Positions 8,782-18,378 are shown, counted from the first letter of the stretch. The stretch: 64,000 nucleotides of DNA from Minisyncoccota bacterium (GCA_020059045.1 JAGVCW010000018.1:25320-89319), one strand, 5' to 3'. Numbers and translations are program-made. The notes: a model not told the origin generated them from the letters alone.

Positions 8782-8860
8782 AAAAGTGGTTGTTATAATT
8801 TTTTTATCATAAATACTGCCGATGGACAGTATTTATGATAATATTGATTACCACTTTTTT
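8782..8860. terminator. long imperfect palindrome / bidirectional terminator
   Basis: AAAAGTGGT...ATCATAAATACTGccgatggaCAGTATTTATGAT...ACCACTTTTTT. It has a 13 bp inner stem plus an outer stem, with a T-run after it. Confidence 0.55.
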
Positions 8861-8919
8861 AAGTAACACAGTTTTAGGTACACACACATTTGACATACTA
8901 GGGATTATGATGTAACATC

Positions 8920-9363
8920 ATGAAAGCGTTGGAAACCCCAACACCTTCCTCAATGAGGAAGTCCCGCTCTTTAACGGAGACCATCTTGGCGGATGACCTG
9001 GAAGTAGAGACCGCGGATGAATCTAGCTCGGAGTCCCAAATTTTTCGAAAAAAGGTCGTTGGTATGGCTCTTATCAGAGCCTTGTTACTCAACGACGAGG
9101 ATAGTGACGGAGGAGAGCTTGAGGCTCGAGTAATCAAATTGATGGTTAGGGATGTTATTGAGGAAGATCGAAGAAAGGGTGGAGATGATTCATTCCGCGA
9201 TGCGGCAAAAAAGTTCTTGAGTGACATCAAGTCTTCTGACATTGGCGTTACCGGGGTTGAAAGTTCTACGTGTGGGAGTAGTAAAAATCTTTTTCATACA
9301 AAACAAAGCCGTCTCGTGGAGAGACGGCTTACCGGATTTTTGGCCACGCCGGTGTGGGCTTAG
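8920..9363 (+). CDS. hypothetical acidic, low-complexity protein (doubtful)
   Basis: 147 aa ORF in the GC-rich island, preceded by TTGACA-N17-TAACAT directly abutting the ATG. Composition is acidic and disorder-like. It overlaps a competing minus-strand ORF. Confidence 0.25.
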   Translation: MKALETPTPSSMRKSRSLTETILADDLEVETADESSSESQIFRKKVVGMALIRALLLNDEDSDGGELEARVIKLMVRDVIEEDRRKGGDDSFRDAAKKFLSDIKSSDIGVTGVESSTCGSSKNLFHTKQSRLVERRLTGFLATPVWA

Positions 9364-9724
9364 GGTTCAGTCGAACTTCGTGTGGGGGGGGTACCCCAGC
9401 CTGGATCATCGAGGCGATCGCGACGACCGCCTCGATTCTGACGAAGCTTTCGGCAATCTGCGTCGGGCCGAAGGTTCGACGAACCAGTTCCGACAGGAAC
9501 CGGTGCCAAACCTCAGCACTAGGCGAGCCGTTCAGCGTGAACGACTGACTTCGCAGACTGGCGATGAATCTCTCAGCGTAGCCGAGATATTCATCTGCGT
9601 TCACTCCGTAGTAGCAGTGGAGTGGGTCAACCGTGTTGAATGCTTCCAACACGATCGAACCTAGCTCACCGTTACTCGTGAGAAAACCCTCCACTTTCTG
9701 CCGGGGGTTGGTGGCTGCGGTCAT
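9329..9724 (-). CDS. hypothetical protein encoded in a GC-rich island
   Basis: 131 aa, with an AGGAGG RBS 4 nt upstream of the ATG (minus strand). Local GC is clearly higher than the rest of the window. No recognisable family. Confidence 0.5.
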   Translation of the reverse strand: MTAATNPRQKVEGFLTSNGELGSIVLEAFNTVDPLHCYYGVNADEYLGYAERFIASLRSQSFTLNGSPSAEVWHRFLSELVRRTFGPTQIAESFVRIEAVVAIASMIQAGVPPPHEVRLNPKPTPAWPKIR

Positions 9725-9902
9725 GCTTCCTCCTGGTTGCGGGTTAAGGGGGTTTGTATTGGTCCCTGCATATTGTCCCGACTAACCACTAGAGCATTTC
9801 CGCTGTGCCAAGGAGCTACTTATACATACTAGCATACTTGATCCCTAAAGTCAAGTACTAAATTTTACAAATAGAAAAAAACTGCTAAGATAAAGGATAT
9901 AA

Positions 9903-11186
9903 ATGATTAGAAGGATAAATCAAAAGCTCTCGCATCTTCAGACCGACCTATCCGTCGGCTTCTTTCTTGCATGGCGTCAGGTCAAGCGATCAAGCCTTGC
10001 GACTACATTGCTTATCATTTTTGTGATGATGCTCACGTTTCTCAATCTCGTTGTTGTGCGAGGTATTCTTGTGGGTCTTCTACAGGGTTCCACAGAAGCT
10101 TACAAGGCACGATTTGCAGGCGACATCATACTTACCAATCTGCCTAAGAAAGATTTTATTGAGAACAGCCCTTCAGTTATAGAAGTAGCAGAGAACCTTC
10201 CTTGGGTAGAGCATCTCACGTACAGATATGTTGACGGTGGCACAGTTGAAGCTGGTTACAAAACAAGAGTGAGTCTCACCGATGACCCCAATTCCACTGC
10301 CGGCTCAGTTGTTGGTATTAATCCAGAAGTTGAAGACAGAGCCACAGGACTTGCGGGCACAGTTCTTGAGGGTAGGTATCTTACTCCCGAGGATTCAGAG
10401 GGCATCCTAATTGGTGCCAATATGCTCAAGAAATATCTTGATATAGAAGCTCCAGGGCTCACTCTTCTTGAAAATGTTGCAGTGGGTGACAAAGTCAGAC
10501 TTACGATAGGTGATACTCGCAAGGAGTTTGTTATTAGAGGGTTTCTTCAAAGCAAGGTAGACCAAGTCGATTTCCGGATGTTTATACTTGATTCTACTTT
10601 CCGCAACATGACAGGTCGGAGTGATTTCAATGTTGACGAAGTTACTCTTGTCTTGAAACCCGGCAGTGATCCCGAGCTTGCGAAGAGTGCTCTCATTGCA
10701 TCCGGCGTAGACAAGTACGCTCGGGTTCAAACTTGGGAAGAGTCTCTACCCAAGTTTCTTCTTGATATTCAGAACACCTTCGGTCTACTTGGAAACGTAG
10801 TTGGCTCAATCGGTCTTGTCGTGGCATCAATCACTATTTTCATTGTTATCTTCGTTAACGCCATAACTAGGAAGAAATATATTGGAATTCTAAAGGGTAT
10901 TGGAATTGATAGTACAGCTCTAGAATTCACATATGTGATGCAGTCAGCTTTTTATGCCGTTGCTGGTACACTTCTTGGTCTTTTAGTTCTTTATGGATTT
11001 CTAGTGCCGTTTGTGACGGCGCACCCTATTAAATTTCCGTTTAGTGATGGAATACTTGTTGCAGAAATACCTAATACTCTCGTAAGGGCTGGGCTCCTGC
11101 TTCTTGCTACCCTAATCGCAGGATATATTCCCGCACGTATTGTAGTGAAGCAGAATACACTGGACGCTATTCTTGGTAGAAAATAA
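9903..11186 (+). CDS. ABC transporter permease, FtsX/MacB-like
   Basis: 427 aa. It has an N-terminal TM helix, a large periplasmic domain and C-terminal 3-TM FtsX-like helices. An AAGGA RBS sits upstream. Confidence 0.82.
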   Translation: MIRRINQKLSHLQTDLSVGFFLAWRQVKRSSLATTLLIIFVMMLTFLNLVVVRGILVGLLQGSTEAYKARFAGDIILTNLPKKDFIENSPSVIEVAENLPWVEHLTYRYVDGGTVEAGYKTRVSLTDDPNSTAGSVVGINPEVEDRATGLAGTVLEGRYLTPEDSEGILIGANMLKKYLDIEAPGLTLLENVAVGDKVRLTIGDTRKEFVIRGFLQSKVDQVDFRMFILDSTFRNMTGRSDFNVDEVTLVLKPGSDPELAKSALIASGVDKYARVQTWEESLPKFLLDIQNTFGLLGNVVGSIGLVVASITIFIVIFVNAITRKKYIGILKGIGIDSTALEFTYVMQSAFYAVAGTLLGLLVLYGFLVPFVTAHPIKFPFSDGILVAEIPNTLVRAGLLLLATLIAGYIPARIVVKQNTLDAILGRK

Positions 11187-11868
11187 AATGATTAAAGCAC
11201 TAAATTTAAGGAAATCTTTTAGAAGCGGAGACTCAGAGCTTCATGTATTGAAGGGAATTTCTTTTGATGTAAAAAGTGGAGAGTTTGTAGCTATAACTGG
11301 TCGCTCAGGATCGGGTAAGAGTACTCTCATGTATCAGCTCGGGCTCCTCGACAATCCCACTTCCGGAGAGGTATATATCGATGGAGTCGAGGCCACACAG
11401 ATTAGCGCAGATGAAAGAACGAAGATGCGGTTAAGCGAGCTCGGGTATATTTTTCAAGATTATGCTTTAATGCCAGAGCTAACTGCACTTGAAAATGTTT
11501 TGATTCCGCTCTTGATGCAGGGTCTGACACGGAAAGATGGTGAGAAGAAAGCAGCAGAATCACTTGAAAGAATTGGCTTGGGTCATAGACTAGAGAACAC
11601 TCCTAGCCAGTTATCAGGTGGAGAGCAGCAACGTGTGGCTATTGCTCGGGCAGTTGCTCATGAGCCGAAAATTATTTTTGCAGATGAGCCTACTGCAAAT
11701 TTGGATAGCGAAACCTCCCAAGTGGTGTTACAAAACTTTATAAGTCTCAATAAGGAAGGTCAAACCATCCTTATGGTGACTCATGAACCTGAGTATGCTA
11801 ATCTTACTGATCGTATTATTACTCTTTCAGATGGTCTTATTGTTTCCGATGTGAAATTAAAGAAATAG
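11173..11868 (+). CDS. ABC transporter ATP-binding protein (MacB/LolD-like)
   Basis: Walker A GRSGSGKST, signature LSGGEQQRVAIARA and Walker B IIFADEPT. It overlaps the permease by 14 nt. Confidence 0.92.
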   Translation: MVENKMIKALNLRKSFRSGDSELHVLKGISFDVKSGEFVAITGRSGSGKSTLMYQLGLLDNPTSGEVYIDGVEATQISADERTKMRLSELGYIFQDYALMPELTALENVLIPLLMQGLTRKDGEKKAAESLERIGLGHRLENTPSQLSGGEQQRVAIARAVAHEPKIIFADEPTANLDSETSQVVLQNFISLNKEGQTILMVTHEPEYANLTDRIITLSDGLIVSDVKLKK

Positions 11869-11877
11869 AAAACTAAA

Positions 11878-13404
11878 ATGAAAGAAAAATTCAATAAAAT
11901 TATCGCCTGGATAAAGGCAAACAAGAAGAAGTCTATAGCACTTGCTCTCGTAGTCCTCCTTATTCTTTGGAGTGTGCTCAGAGAAGGTGCAGTAGACTAT
12001 GAAGATGTTTTAGCAGTACGCGGAACTGTGGTCCAAGAAGTTTCAGTTACCGGCAAAACTAGGGCTGTGGGAGAAGTTGATCTTGCATTCGAGCGAGGTG
12101 GCACTGTGGCAGGGATCGGCGCAGAAGTTGGTTCCACTGTATCTAAAGGGCAAACCATAGTCCGTCTAAACCAAGGAGAGCTTCTAGCAGATCTCAACTC
12201 TGCACGAGCGACTCTTTCACAAGAGGAGATTAAGCTTGCAGAAATTAGGAAAACAAGTCCAAGCGCACGTAAGGATGCGATGGAGGGCCTTGTGGCATCT
12301 CTACGTGATGCTTATGCGAAAGTTGATGATGCAGTGAGGAACAACATTGATCAATTCTTCAAGAATAAGGGCACTGCAAGTATGAACATTGAATTTGCGT
12401 TTATTGATGGAAACACAGTCTATACATTTCCCATCAACTCTGACTTGCGTCTCGACATAAACACAAAGCGAGCAGAACTTGAAAGCAAACTAACATTCTG
12501 GCATAACTCACTTCTTTCTCTTGATTCTAAAACCGATTTCGACGGGGACATTAGGACTGCCAAGGATACCATCGCTGAAGCCCAAGTATTACTAAATAGA
12601 GTCGCAACAGCCGCCAATTCGCTTGTTGCAACAGAGTTTCAATACGAAGCAACTGTAAGTGGTTACAAGGATACTGTAGCGACAGCTCGCTCCTCTACAA
12701 ATACTGCACTCACAAATCTGCTTACAGCTGAGAGCAAGTTCGAGAATGCGCCAACCCAAGTGACAACGTCGCAAGGCGTAGGTCTTGATGAGGTTCTTTC
12801 TCAGGAGGCGCGGGTAGGGCAGTATCGAGCTCAAGTTGCTTCAGCAGAGGCAAGACTTGCAGAAACTGTCATTAGCTCTCCAATCGCAGGTATTCTCACA
12901 AAGCAGGATGCAAGAATTGGCGAGGCGGTTACGGCCGGCACTATACTCGTATCAGTTATACAAGATGCTGGTTTTGAAATAGAAGCGAACGTCTCCGAAG
13001 TTAGTGTTGGAAAAGTTGCACTAGGCAATGCCGTCTTAGTTTCCTTTGACGCATTCCCAGGTGAGGAGTTCGCAGGTGAGCTGTTCTACATTGAACCATC
13101 AGAAACTATTGTTGACGGAGTAGTCAATTACAAAATAAAAGTCATGCTAAGAAATGAGATCCCAGGACTTAAGAGCGGACTCACGACCAATTTGAAAGTG
13201 AAGACTGCTGAAAAGCCTGATGTTTTGAAGGTTCCTCAGTTTGCAATAATTACAGAAAATGGTTTGTCCTATGTAGAGAAAGTAGTGGGTGATAACCTCG
13301 AAAGAAGCGAGGTGGTTGTAGGTCTTAGAGGTAGTGATGGAACTGTAGAGATAATTTCAGGAATAAGTGAAGGCGACACGGTAAGATTCAGCAAGTCCAA
13401 GTAA
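11878..13404 (+). CDS. efflux periplasmic adaptor (HlyD/membrane-fusion family)
   Basis: 508 aa with an N-terminal TM helix, a long coiled-coil and a C-terminal beta-barrel/lipoyl-like region (VISSPIAGIL...), typical of MacA/HlyD adaptors. Confidence 0.78.
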   Translation: MKEKFNKIIAWIKANKKKSIALALVVLLILWSVLREGAVDYEDVLAVRGTVVQEVSVTGKTRAVGEVDLAFERGGTVAGIGAEVGSTVSKGQTIVRLNQGELLADLNSARATLSQEEIKLAEIRKTSPSARKDAMEGLVASLRDAYAKVDDAVRNNIDQFFKNKGTASMNIEFAFIDGNTVYTFPINSDLRLDINTKRAELESKLTFWHNSLLSLDSKTDFDGDIRTAKDTIAEAQVLLNRVATAANSLVATEFQYEATVSGYKDTVATARSSTNTALTNLLTAESKFENAPTQVTTSQGVGLDEVLSQEARVGQYRAQVASAEARLAETVISSPIAGILTKQDARIGEAVTAGTILVSVIQDAGFEIEANVSEVSVGKVALGNAVLVSFDAFPGEEFAGELFYIEPSETIVDGVVNYKIKVMLRNEIPGLKSGLTTNLKVKTAEKPDVLKVPQFAIITENGLSYVEKVVGDNLERSEVVVGLRGSDGTVEIISGISEGDTVRFSKSK

Positions 13405-13507
13405 AAAGGAGGTAAATTAGACATTTAGCTCTAAATATTGGATAGTTAGTATTGTAATAATATAGCCTTAAATAAGGATATAATACATGTTATGTCGCAT
13501 TTTATCC

Positions 13508-13536
13508 TTGACTTCTCTTTTCTAATCTGCTATAAT
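13508..13536 (+). promoter_or_regulatory. sigma70-type promoter, TTGACT-N17-TATAAT
   Basis: -35 TTGACT at 13508-13513 and -10 TATAAT at 13531-13536. It drives a ~190 nt GC-rich, hairpin-rich leader ahead of the 13730 gene. Confidence 0.55.
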
Positions 13537-13729
13537 ATATATAAATCAGTGAAAGCTGATTTTTTGTGCTCTTGGGCAAGCACTTGTTGCTCATGCCTCG
13601 GGCAAGCACATAGTGCTGACGTGTCCTCGCTTAAGCAGTTAGTGCTTTAGCAATTGTTCTCTCGGTCTCGGCCCGCTTAAGTTGAAAAACCTAAGTGAAC
13701 CGTTATCGTCGTAATCCCGAGAACATTTC

Positions 13730-14245
13730 TTGATCTTTCCCGTACGATCTACTAGGCTCTCTTCACAGAGATTTTGGTGGGTAAACAGAATTACAACTAA
13801 CCACATAAGTATTTTAAATTTAACAACGGTAGGTCTACTTGCAGTTATTTCTGGTTTCAACACAGTTGGTACACCCATAGATATGGAAGCATCCCTTGCG
13901 ACAGAAGAGACCTCAATAGAGAAATCTCTGACCGTAAAGGATAAGGTATCAATTTATTTTGATGACCTTCCAATCATGATTGATGTCGCACGTTGCGAAT
14001 CTCGCTTCAGACATCTAGATAAGAATGGTAGTGTCCTTCGTGGTGTAGAAAATAGCAAAGACGTGGGTGTGATGCAGATAAACGAGTATTATCATGGAAA
14101 GACTTCCAAGAAACTCGGTTATGACATCTATACTCTCGAAGGTAACATGGGTTATGCCAGATACCTTTATGAGAAAGATGGTGCACGACCATGGCTTGCC
14201 TCATCTAGCTGTTGGGCCAAGTATGCAAGTATAGCCAAAATATAA
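13730..14245 (+). CDS. lytic transglycosylase-like (SLT/lysozyme-fold) secreted protein
   Basis: A signal-anchor-like N-terminus. The motif ARCESRFRH...GVMQINEYYHG matches the SLT catalytic E-S ... G.MQ.. pattern. Confidence 0.5.
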   Translation: MIFPVRSTRLSSQRFWWVNRITTNHISILNLTTVGLLAVISGFNTVGTPIDMEASLATEETSIEKSLTVKDKVSIYFDDLPIMIDVARCESRFRHLDKNGSVLRGVENSKDVGVMQINEYYHGKTSKKLGYDIYTLEGNMGYARYLYEKDGARPWLASSSCWAKYASIAKI

Positions 14246-14330
14246 TCTTGTAACCTTGTTTACAAAGTTAAGAGATAAAAGAAAAGCCGCTTGGGTAGCC
14301 CTAAGCGGCTTTTCTTATGAAAATCCGCAC

Positions 14331-14741
14331 CTATCGAAGGCGCGGCAGCGTTTCAAGATATGCTGTAAAGCAAATCATCACTTGCTCAAGGTGCTCAACC
14401 CTCTTTCCAAGAATGAAAATAATTAGAAAGCAAAACAAGAAGTAGAGGAGAAGTCCACCAATTGAATAGAGAATAATTCCAGTAAGTATCCCAGCAATAA
14501 AACTTATTACCGCTGGAAGTCTTATCCCAGATTTCAAAAGACTAATAGCGTGAGGGTTTAACCTTTGGTGCACACTATTTTCTCTGTTGTATTTCTTAAA
14601 CCAAGAAAAAACAAGTATGGCTACTATAAACCAAATTACTATAAAAGGTCTAAAGTAGTACGAATACCCAAACATAAACCCCATAACCGACAGAAGCGAA
14701 ACAAGAGCATTTCTGAAGGTACCCAGTGGAGTATCATCCAC
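14331..14741 (-). CDS. hypothetical 4-TM membrane protein
   Basis: 136 aa, very hydrophobic. Confidence 0.4.
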   Translation of the reverse strand: MDDTPLGTFRNALVSLLSVMGFMFGYSYYFRPFIVIWFIVAILVFSWFKKYNRENSVHQRLNPHAISLLKSGIRLPAVISFIAGILTGIILYSIGGLLLYFLFCFLIIFILGKRVEHLEQVMICFTAYLETLPRLR

Positions 14742-14783
14742 ATTTCTCTCCAGTGTTTAGTCTAAGTAGAATCTATTAGATTT

Positions 14784-15227
14784 TTATGTGTTTGGCAACA
14801 GAGGTGTGACTTTCTCTTTTATAAATATTTGAATACCAAGCAAGAATAAAATTGTGGATGTCCCAGCAGATAGAAGACAATACGTGCAGAATGCATCAAG
14901 TATCACAGCTTGTACATAGACAAACCATATGGATGCAACAAGTCCTATAGCTGTTGCCCAGGGTATTGCTTTTGCTACGTTAAACCGGTTCTTATCAATA
15001 TACCCAAGACCAAGAACGAGCATCCCGAGGTAGTATATTATCCCAAGCATGGGTACGGGGATGCCAATAATTTTTGAGTAAGCACTACTTGTCACAGTGT
15101 CACATCCATCTGTGAGAAGACAGGGTGGCGGTATGCCTCGGAAGTGGCTTGCCGCAAGGTAAGTTGCGTCCATGAATCCCACGAATGCAACAATAAGAAA
15201 CAATATCGCGATTGCTTTATTCGACAT
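14784..15227 (-). CDS. vitamin K epoxide reductase (VKOR)-like membrane oxidoreductase
   Basis: 147 aa. It has a loop Cys pair (CLLTDGC), TM helices, and a CxxC (CTYC) near the end of the last TM. It overlaps the upstream thioredoxin-like gene. Confidence 0.65.
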   Translation of the reverse strand: MSNKAIAILFLIVAFVGFMDATYLAASHFRGIPPPCLLTDGCDTVTSSAYSKIIGIPVPMLGIIYYLGMLVLGLGYIDKNRFNVAKAIPWATAIGLVASIWFVYVQAVILDAFCTYCLLSAGTSTILFLLGIQIFIKEKVTPLLPNT

Positions 15228-15882
15228 TTGGTATACCTAATTCAGTATTGATTAATGTAGTGAATTCAGCTACAGATCTAGGGTTAACAATCTTTTTTCC
15301 GTTTAGATAAAACGTAGGTGTCCCAGAAAGCCCTAGTGCAACAGCATCCTTGTAACTATTTTCAACTTTATCTTTTACCAAGTCTGAATCTAGATCTGCC
15401 TTGAACTTAAGAACATCAAGTCCTAGTTCTTCGGCATACTTCTCAAAAAAGCTATTTGTTAGTTTTCCAGCCCAAGCAGTTTGGTTCTCAAAGAGTTTTG
15501 CGTGCATTTCCCAGAACTTTCCTTGTAGATTCGCTGCCTCTGATGCGCGAGCAGCTGCCACAGCTGTTGTGTGAATTGTTTTAAGTGGGAAGTGTCTGTA
15601 CACAATTCTTAAATCATTTGGGTACTGTGCAAAGACCTCATTTAGTAGTGGGTGATAGGCTTGGCATGCAGGACACTGAAAGTCTGCAAACTCTACAAGC
15701 GTGACTTTCGCAGTAGGCAGTCCCTTCACGTGGTCGTCCGTTGTAATTTCAAAAGATACATCATTTTTAACATCATTGGGATCAGTAGATGGTAGGGCAT
15801 TGTCCCTTCCCGCAAACCACATGGCTCCAATGGCTCCTACGAGTATTACAGCTAGTCCTATTCCCCAAATATTCTTAGGCAT
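15217..15882 (-). CDS. DsbA-like thiol:disulfide oxidoreductase (thioredoxin fold)
   Basis: 221 aa with a signal/TM segment. It carries the CPAC active site (FQCPACQAYHP) and a DsbA-like helical insertion. Confidence 0.8.
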   Translation of the reverse strand: MPKNIWGIGLAVILVGAIGAMWFAGRDNALPSTDPNDVKNDVSFEITTDDHVKGLPTAKVTLVEFADFQCPACQAYHPLLNEVFAQYPNDLRIVYRHFPLKTIHTTAVAAARASEAANLQGKFWEMHAKLFENQTAWAGKLTNSFFEKYAEELGLDVLKFKADLDSDLVKDKVENSYKDAVALGLSGTPTFYLNGKKIVNPRSVAEFTTLINTELGIPNVE

Positions 15883-16328
15883 ATGTATAAGTTTTGGTAT
15901 TAATCTTTATTAATTTGAAATTATTATAGTACATTAATTCGTAAAAAAGAGATTGTATTCAGTTTCTCTACGTGGCATAGTTTACATAGATCTTCCTGCA
16001 CAAACACCTATTACTCAAAGAGTGATTACATTGATAATCCCCTCAGGTCTCCGTCACCAAGTGAAAGCCGTTCACTTTGCTCATGAGGAGAGGAAAGCCT
16101 TTCAACCCCCTGTTACGGGATCAGTTGATGGCCCAATAAGTGAGAGCCTTCAAACTCCAGATGTTCTAGCAATTACTGAAGCTGAAAGGACAGAAGGGGT
16201 TAAATCAGGTATTTTCAAACTGATTGTTCCATAAATAGGTTTGCTCGTCTGGCTATAGGCCTGACGATTTTTTTTAATTAAACTCATTCAAGGGAAAGCG
16301 TTATAAAATGTACATTTTTAAAATATCG

Positions 16329-16337
16329 TGATATGAT
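16329..16337 (+). promoter_or_regulatory. extended -10 element (TGaTATGAT) upstream of 16353
   Basis: cgTGaTATGATct sits 15 nt upstream of the ATG. A weak -35 TGTACA lies 17 nt upstream of the -10. Confidence 0.35.
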
Positions 16338-16352
16338 CTATTTTAGAAGTTA

Positions 16353-16889
16353 ATGTCCACCTCGACTCGGAGCGATGCCATGAGTATCGGAGAAAGGGAT
16401 CCTAATGCAGAATACGTGGCCGGGGGTTTCAGGTATGAAACAAAAGTAGGATCGGGGACGATGGCCTGGATGCGAGATGGCGCACAGGTCACGGCGGCAG
16501 TGTCTCTCCGTGGAGATGTTGTACTTTTGGTTCTAGATGAGGTTCGCAGGTTAAAAAGTGAGCTTGCCAAAGAAAAAGCCATCAAAGTCGAACTAAGTAA
16601 GCTTGTGGATACAATTCGAGAAATTTTTCGTTTACATGTTGTTGTAGAAAATAGCACAATACTTTCGGCGGCACGTAACATAGCAGTTAATGCTGAACGA
16701 TGGATGAAGCTCCTTGCTTGCCCAAGAATTCGCGTGATGGGCACTGCATCCCTCGGGAGGCCAAACGGTCATATCGAAGTAGGACTGTGGGGTAGACATC
16801 CATCAAGTGATAGTCCTGAAACTGGAGGGAAGAGAATAATGGAAAAATTCGTCGATGGCCTTGACCATCTAAAGGGCCCACTGTTCTAG
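16353..16889 (+). CDS. hypothetical protein (GC-rich gene)
   Basis: 178 aa with no recognised family. A weak hairpin plus T6 follows the stop (CCACttgttgGTGGTTTTTT). Confidence 0.4.
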   Translation: MSTSTRSDAMSIGERDPNAEYVAGGFRYETKVGSGTMAWMRDGAQVTAAVSLRGDVVLLVLDEVRRLKSELAKEKAIKVELSKLVDTIREIFRLHVVVENSTILSAARNIAVNAERWMKLLACPRIRVMGTASLGRPNGHIEVGLWGRHPSSDSPETGGKRIMEKFVDGLDHLKGPLF

Positions 16890-16977
16890 GTCATAGTTAT
16901 TCCGCCACTTGTTGGTGGTTTTTTAATTTATCGAGGACCCCATAGGTGTGTGAGTTTAGAATTGATATAATTTTTAT

Positions 16978-17508
16978 ATGAATTATGTCTATCACGGTGT
17001 TCCGAAACGTATGGAGGGAAATATTCTTCATCCTCTAAGCATTCTAAAAACACAGTTCCCAGAAGTTTATTCTGAAGAAGTTCGTAAATATGCAGGAAGG
17101 GAACATGTAATGGAAAATAGAATTCCGATTTTTAATTGTCTATGGAACGATGTTTTGCATTTTGCGTGTGTACCACCAATTGAATTAAAAAATGCGTTAG
17201 TAGAAGCTGGAATGGCAGAGGCAGTTAAGCTCTCCTTCTATAAAATCGATACGTCTATTCTTGATAAGGAAAACTGTATTGTCTATTTAAACAACAAAAG
17301 AGAAAAAGGTGAACTGATGAGTGAAAGCGATTTTACACAATACGATCAAAATAATTTGAAACGATATTCTATAATTCCCCAGATTGCAAAAGATAAATAC
17401 AAAGAGGCCTATATTGCAGGAAAAACCCCTTTAATGTTTCTCTTTATTCCGCATATCCTTTACCGTGGTTCTGTTAATGTTTCTAGTGCAGAAATTATCA
17501 CCGTTTAG
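16978..17508 (+). CDS. hypothetical protein
   Basis: 176 aa, MNYVYHGVPKRMEGNILHPLSILK..., AT-rich. The family is unknown; an N-terminal YHG...NILHPLSIL motif is noted. Confidence 0.4.
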   Translation: MNYVYHGVPKRMEGNILHPLSILKTQFPEVYSEEVRKYAGREHVMENRIPIFNCLWNDVLHFACVPPIELKNALVEAGMAEAVKLSFYKIDTSILDKENCIVYLNNKREKGELMSESDFTQYDQNNLKRYSIIPQIAKDKYKEAYIAGKTPLMFLFIPHILYRGSVNVSSAEIITV

Positions 17509-18378
17509 CCAGTTATTCACTAAAGTTCTGTGTCCATAAAATTATCGAAGGGTCCCTCGTTATTGGCAAACTAAAATATAGCTCAATGAAACTTGCTTTT
17601 TAATCTATTTCGTGCTAATGTTATGGGAGTTAGTTCCATTAAATACTTTGCGTTCTCTCAGGAACCTTCGTCCTTCATTTCTCACAGATCACTGTGTGAA
17701 GCGAAGGGGGAGGCAGCCTGATTAGGGCAATGCAGGCATAAGTCGTGCCCGCCCAAGCTTCTCTCAACTTTACTTGTATGAAAATACTACGAGTTGTAGG
17801 GCTTGGACTTGCAATAGTCATGCTCAAGTTCCTAGTTCCTAGAATCTTTTTAGGAATCGAGAATGTCCTCCTCACGTTCTTTGATACCTTGGGGTCTATT
17901 TTTTCTCAGGTTAACCCGTCCGTAGACAGTGGCGCCGCGAGCATCGAGGCGACTCCGTTTCTTCATAGCAAATAGATTCCAAGAGGAGTCCTCGAGGCCA
18001 TTGCCCGAGGACTTTTCGTTATCCACAGGCCAGCACTTGCATGGTGAACCAGAGTTCACTAGAATAGTAACAAAGAGAGTAATGAATTATCAATTACTAC
18101 TTACTTACAACTAATTACTATTACAATGAGTGGAAACAAACTAGTTAGCACAATTTCAAGGGAGATTGAAAACTTGAATGAGGTCATTGATCTCAAAGTG
18201 ATACAAGGTATTCCTTACAAAAGGGAAGCGAAGAGACACAGATTACTTTTAAACATGTTACACGATGTGTCAGGCAAAATATCTTCAAATTCTTACAGCT
18301 TTTTATCCTTCCTACTATGAATTTATTCGTATTAATTCGTGTATTCGTATAATTCGTTGATTCGTATGTTTACTTAAA

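Noticed and set aside
15953-16234. 93 aa ORF in the gap after the DsbA-like gene.
   Set aside because: No start context or RBS and no family resemblance. It may be real but is unsupported. The region otherwise looks intergenic.
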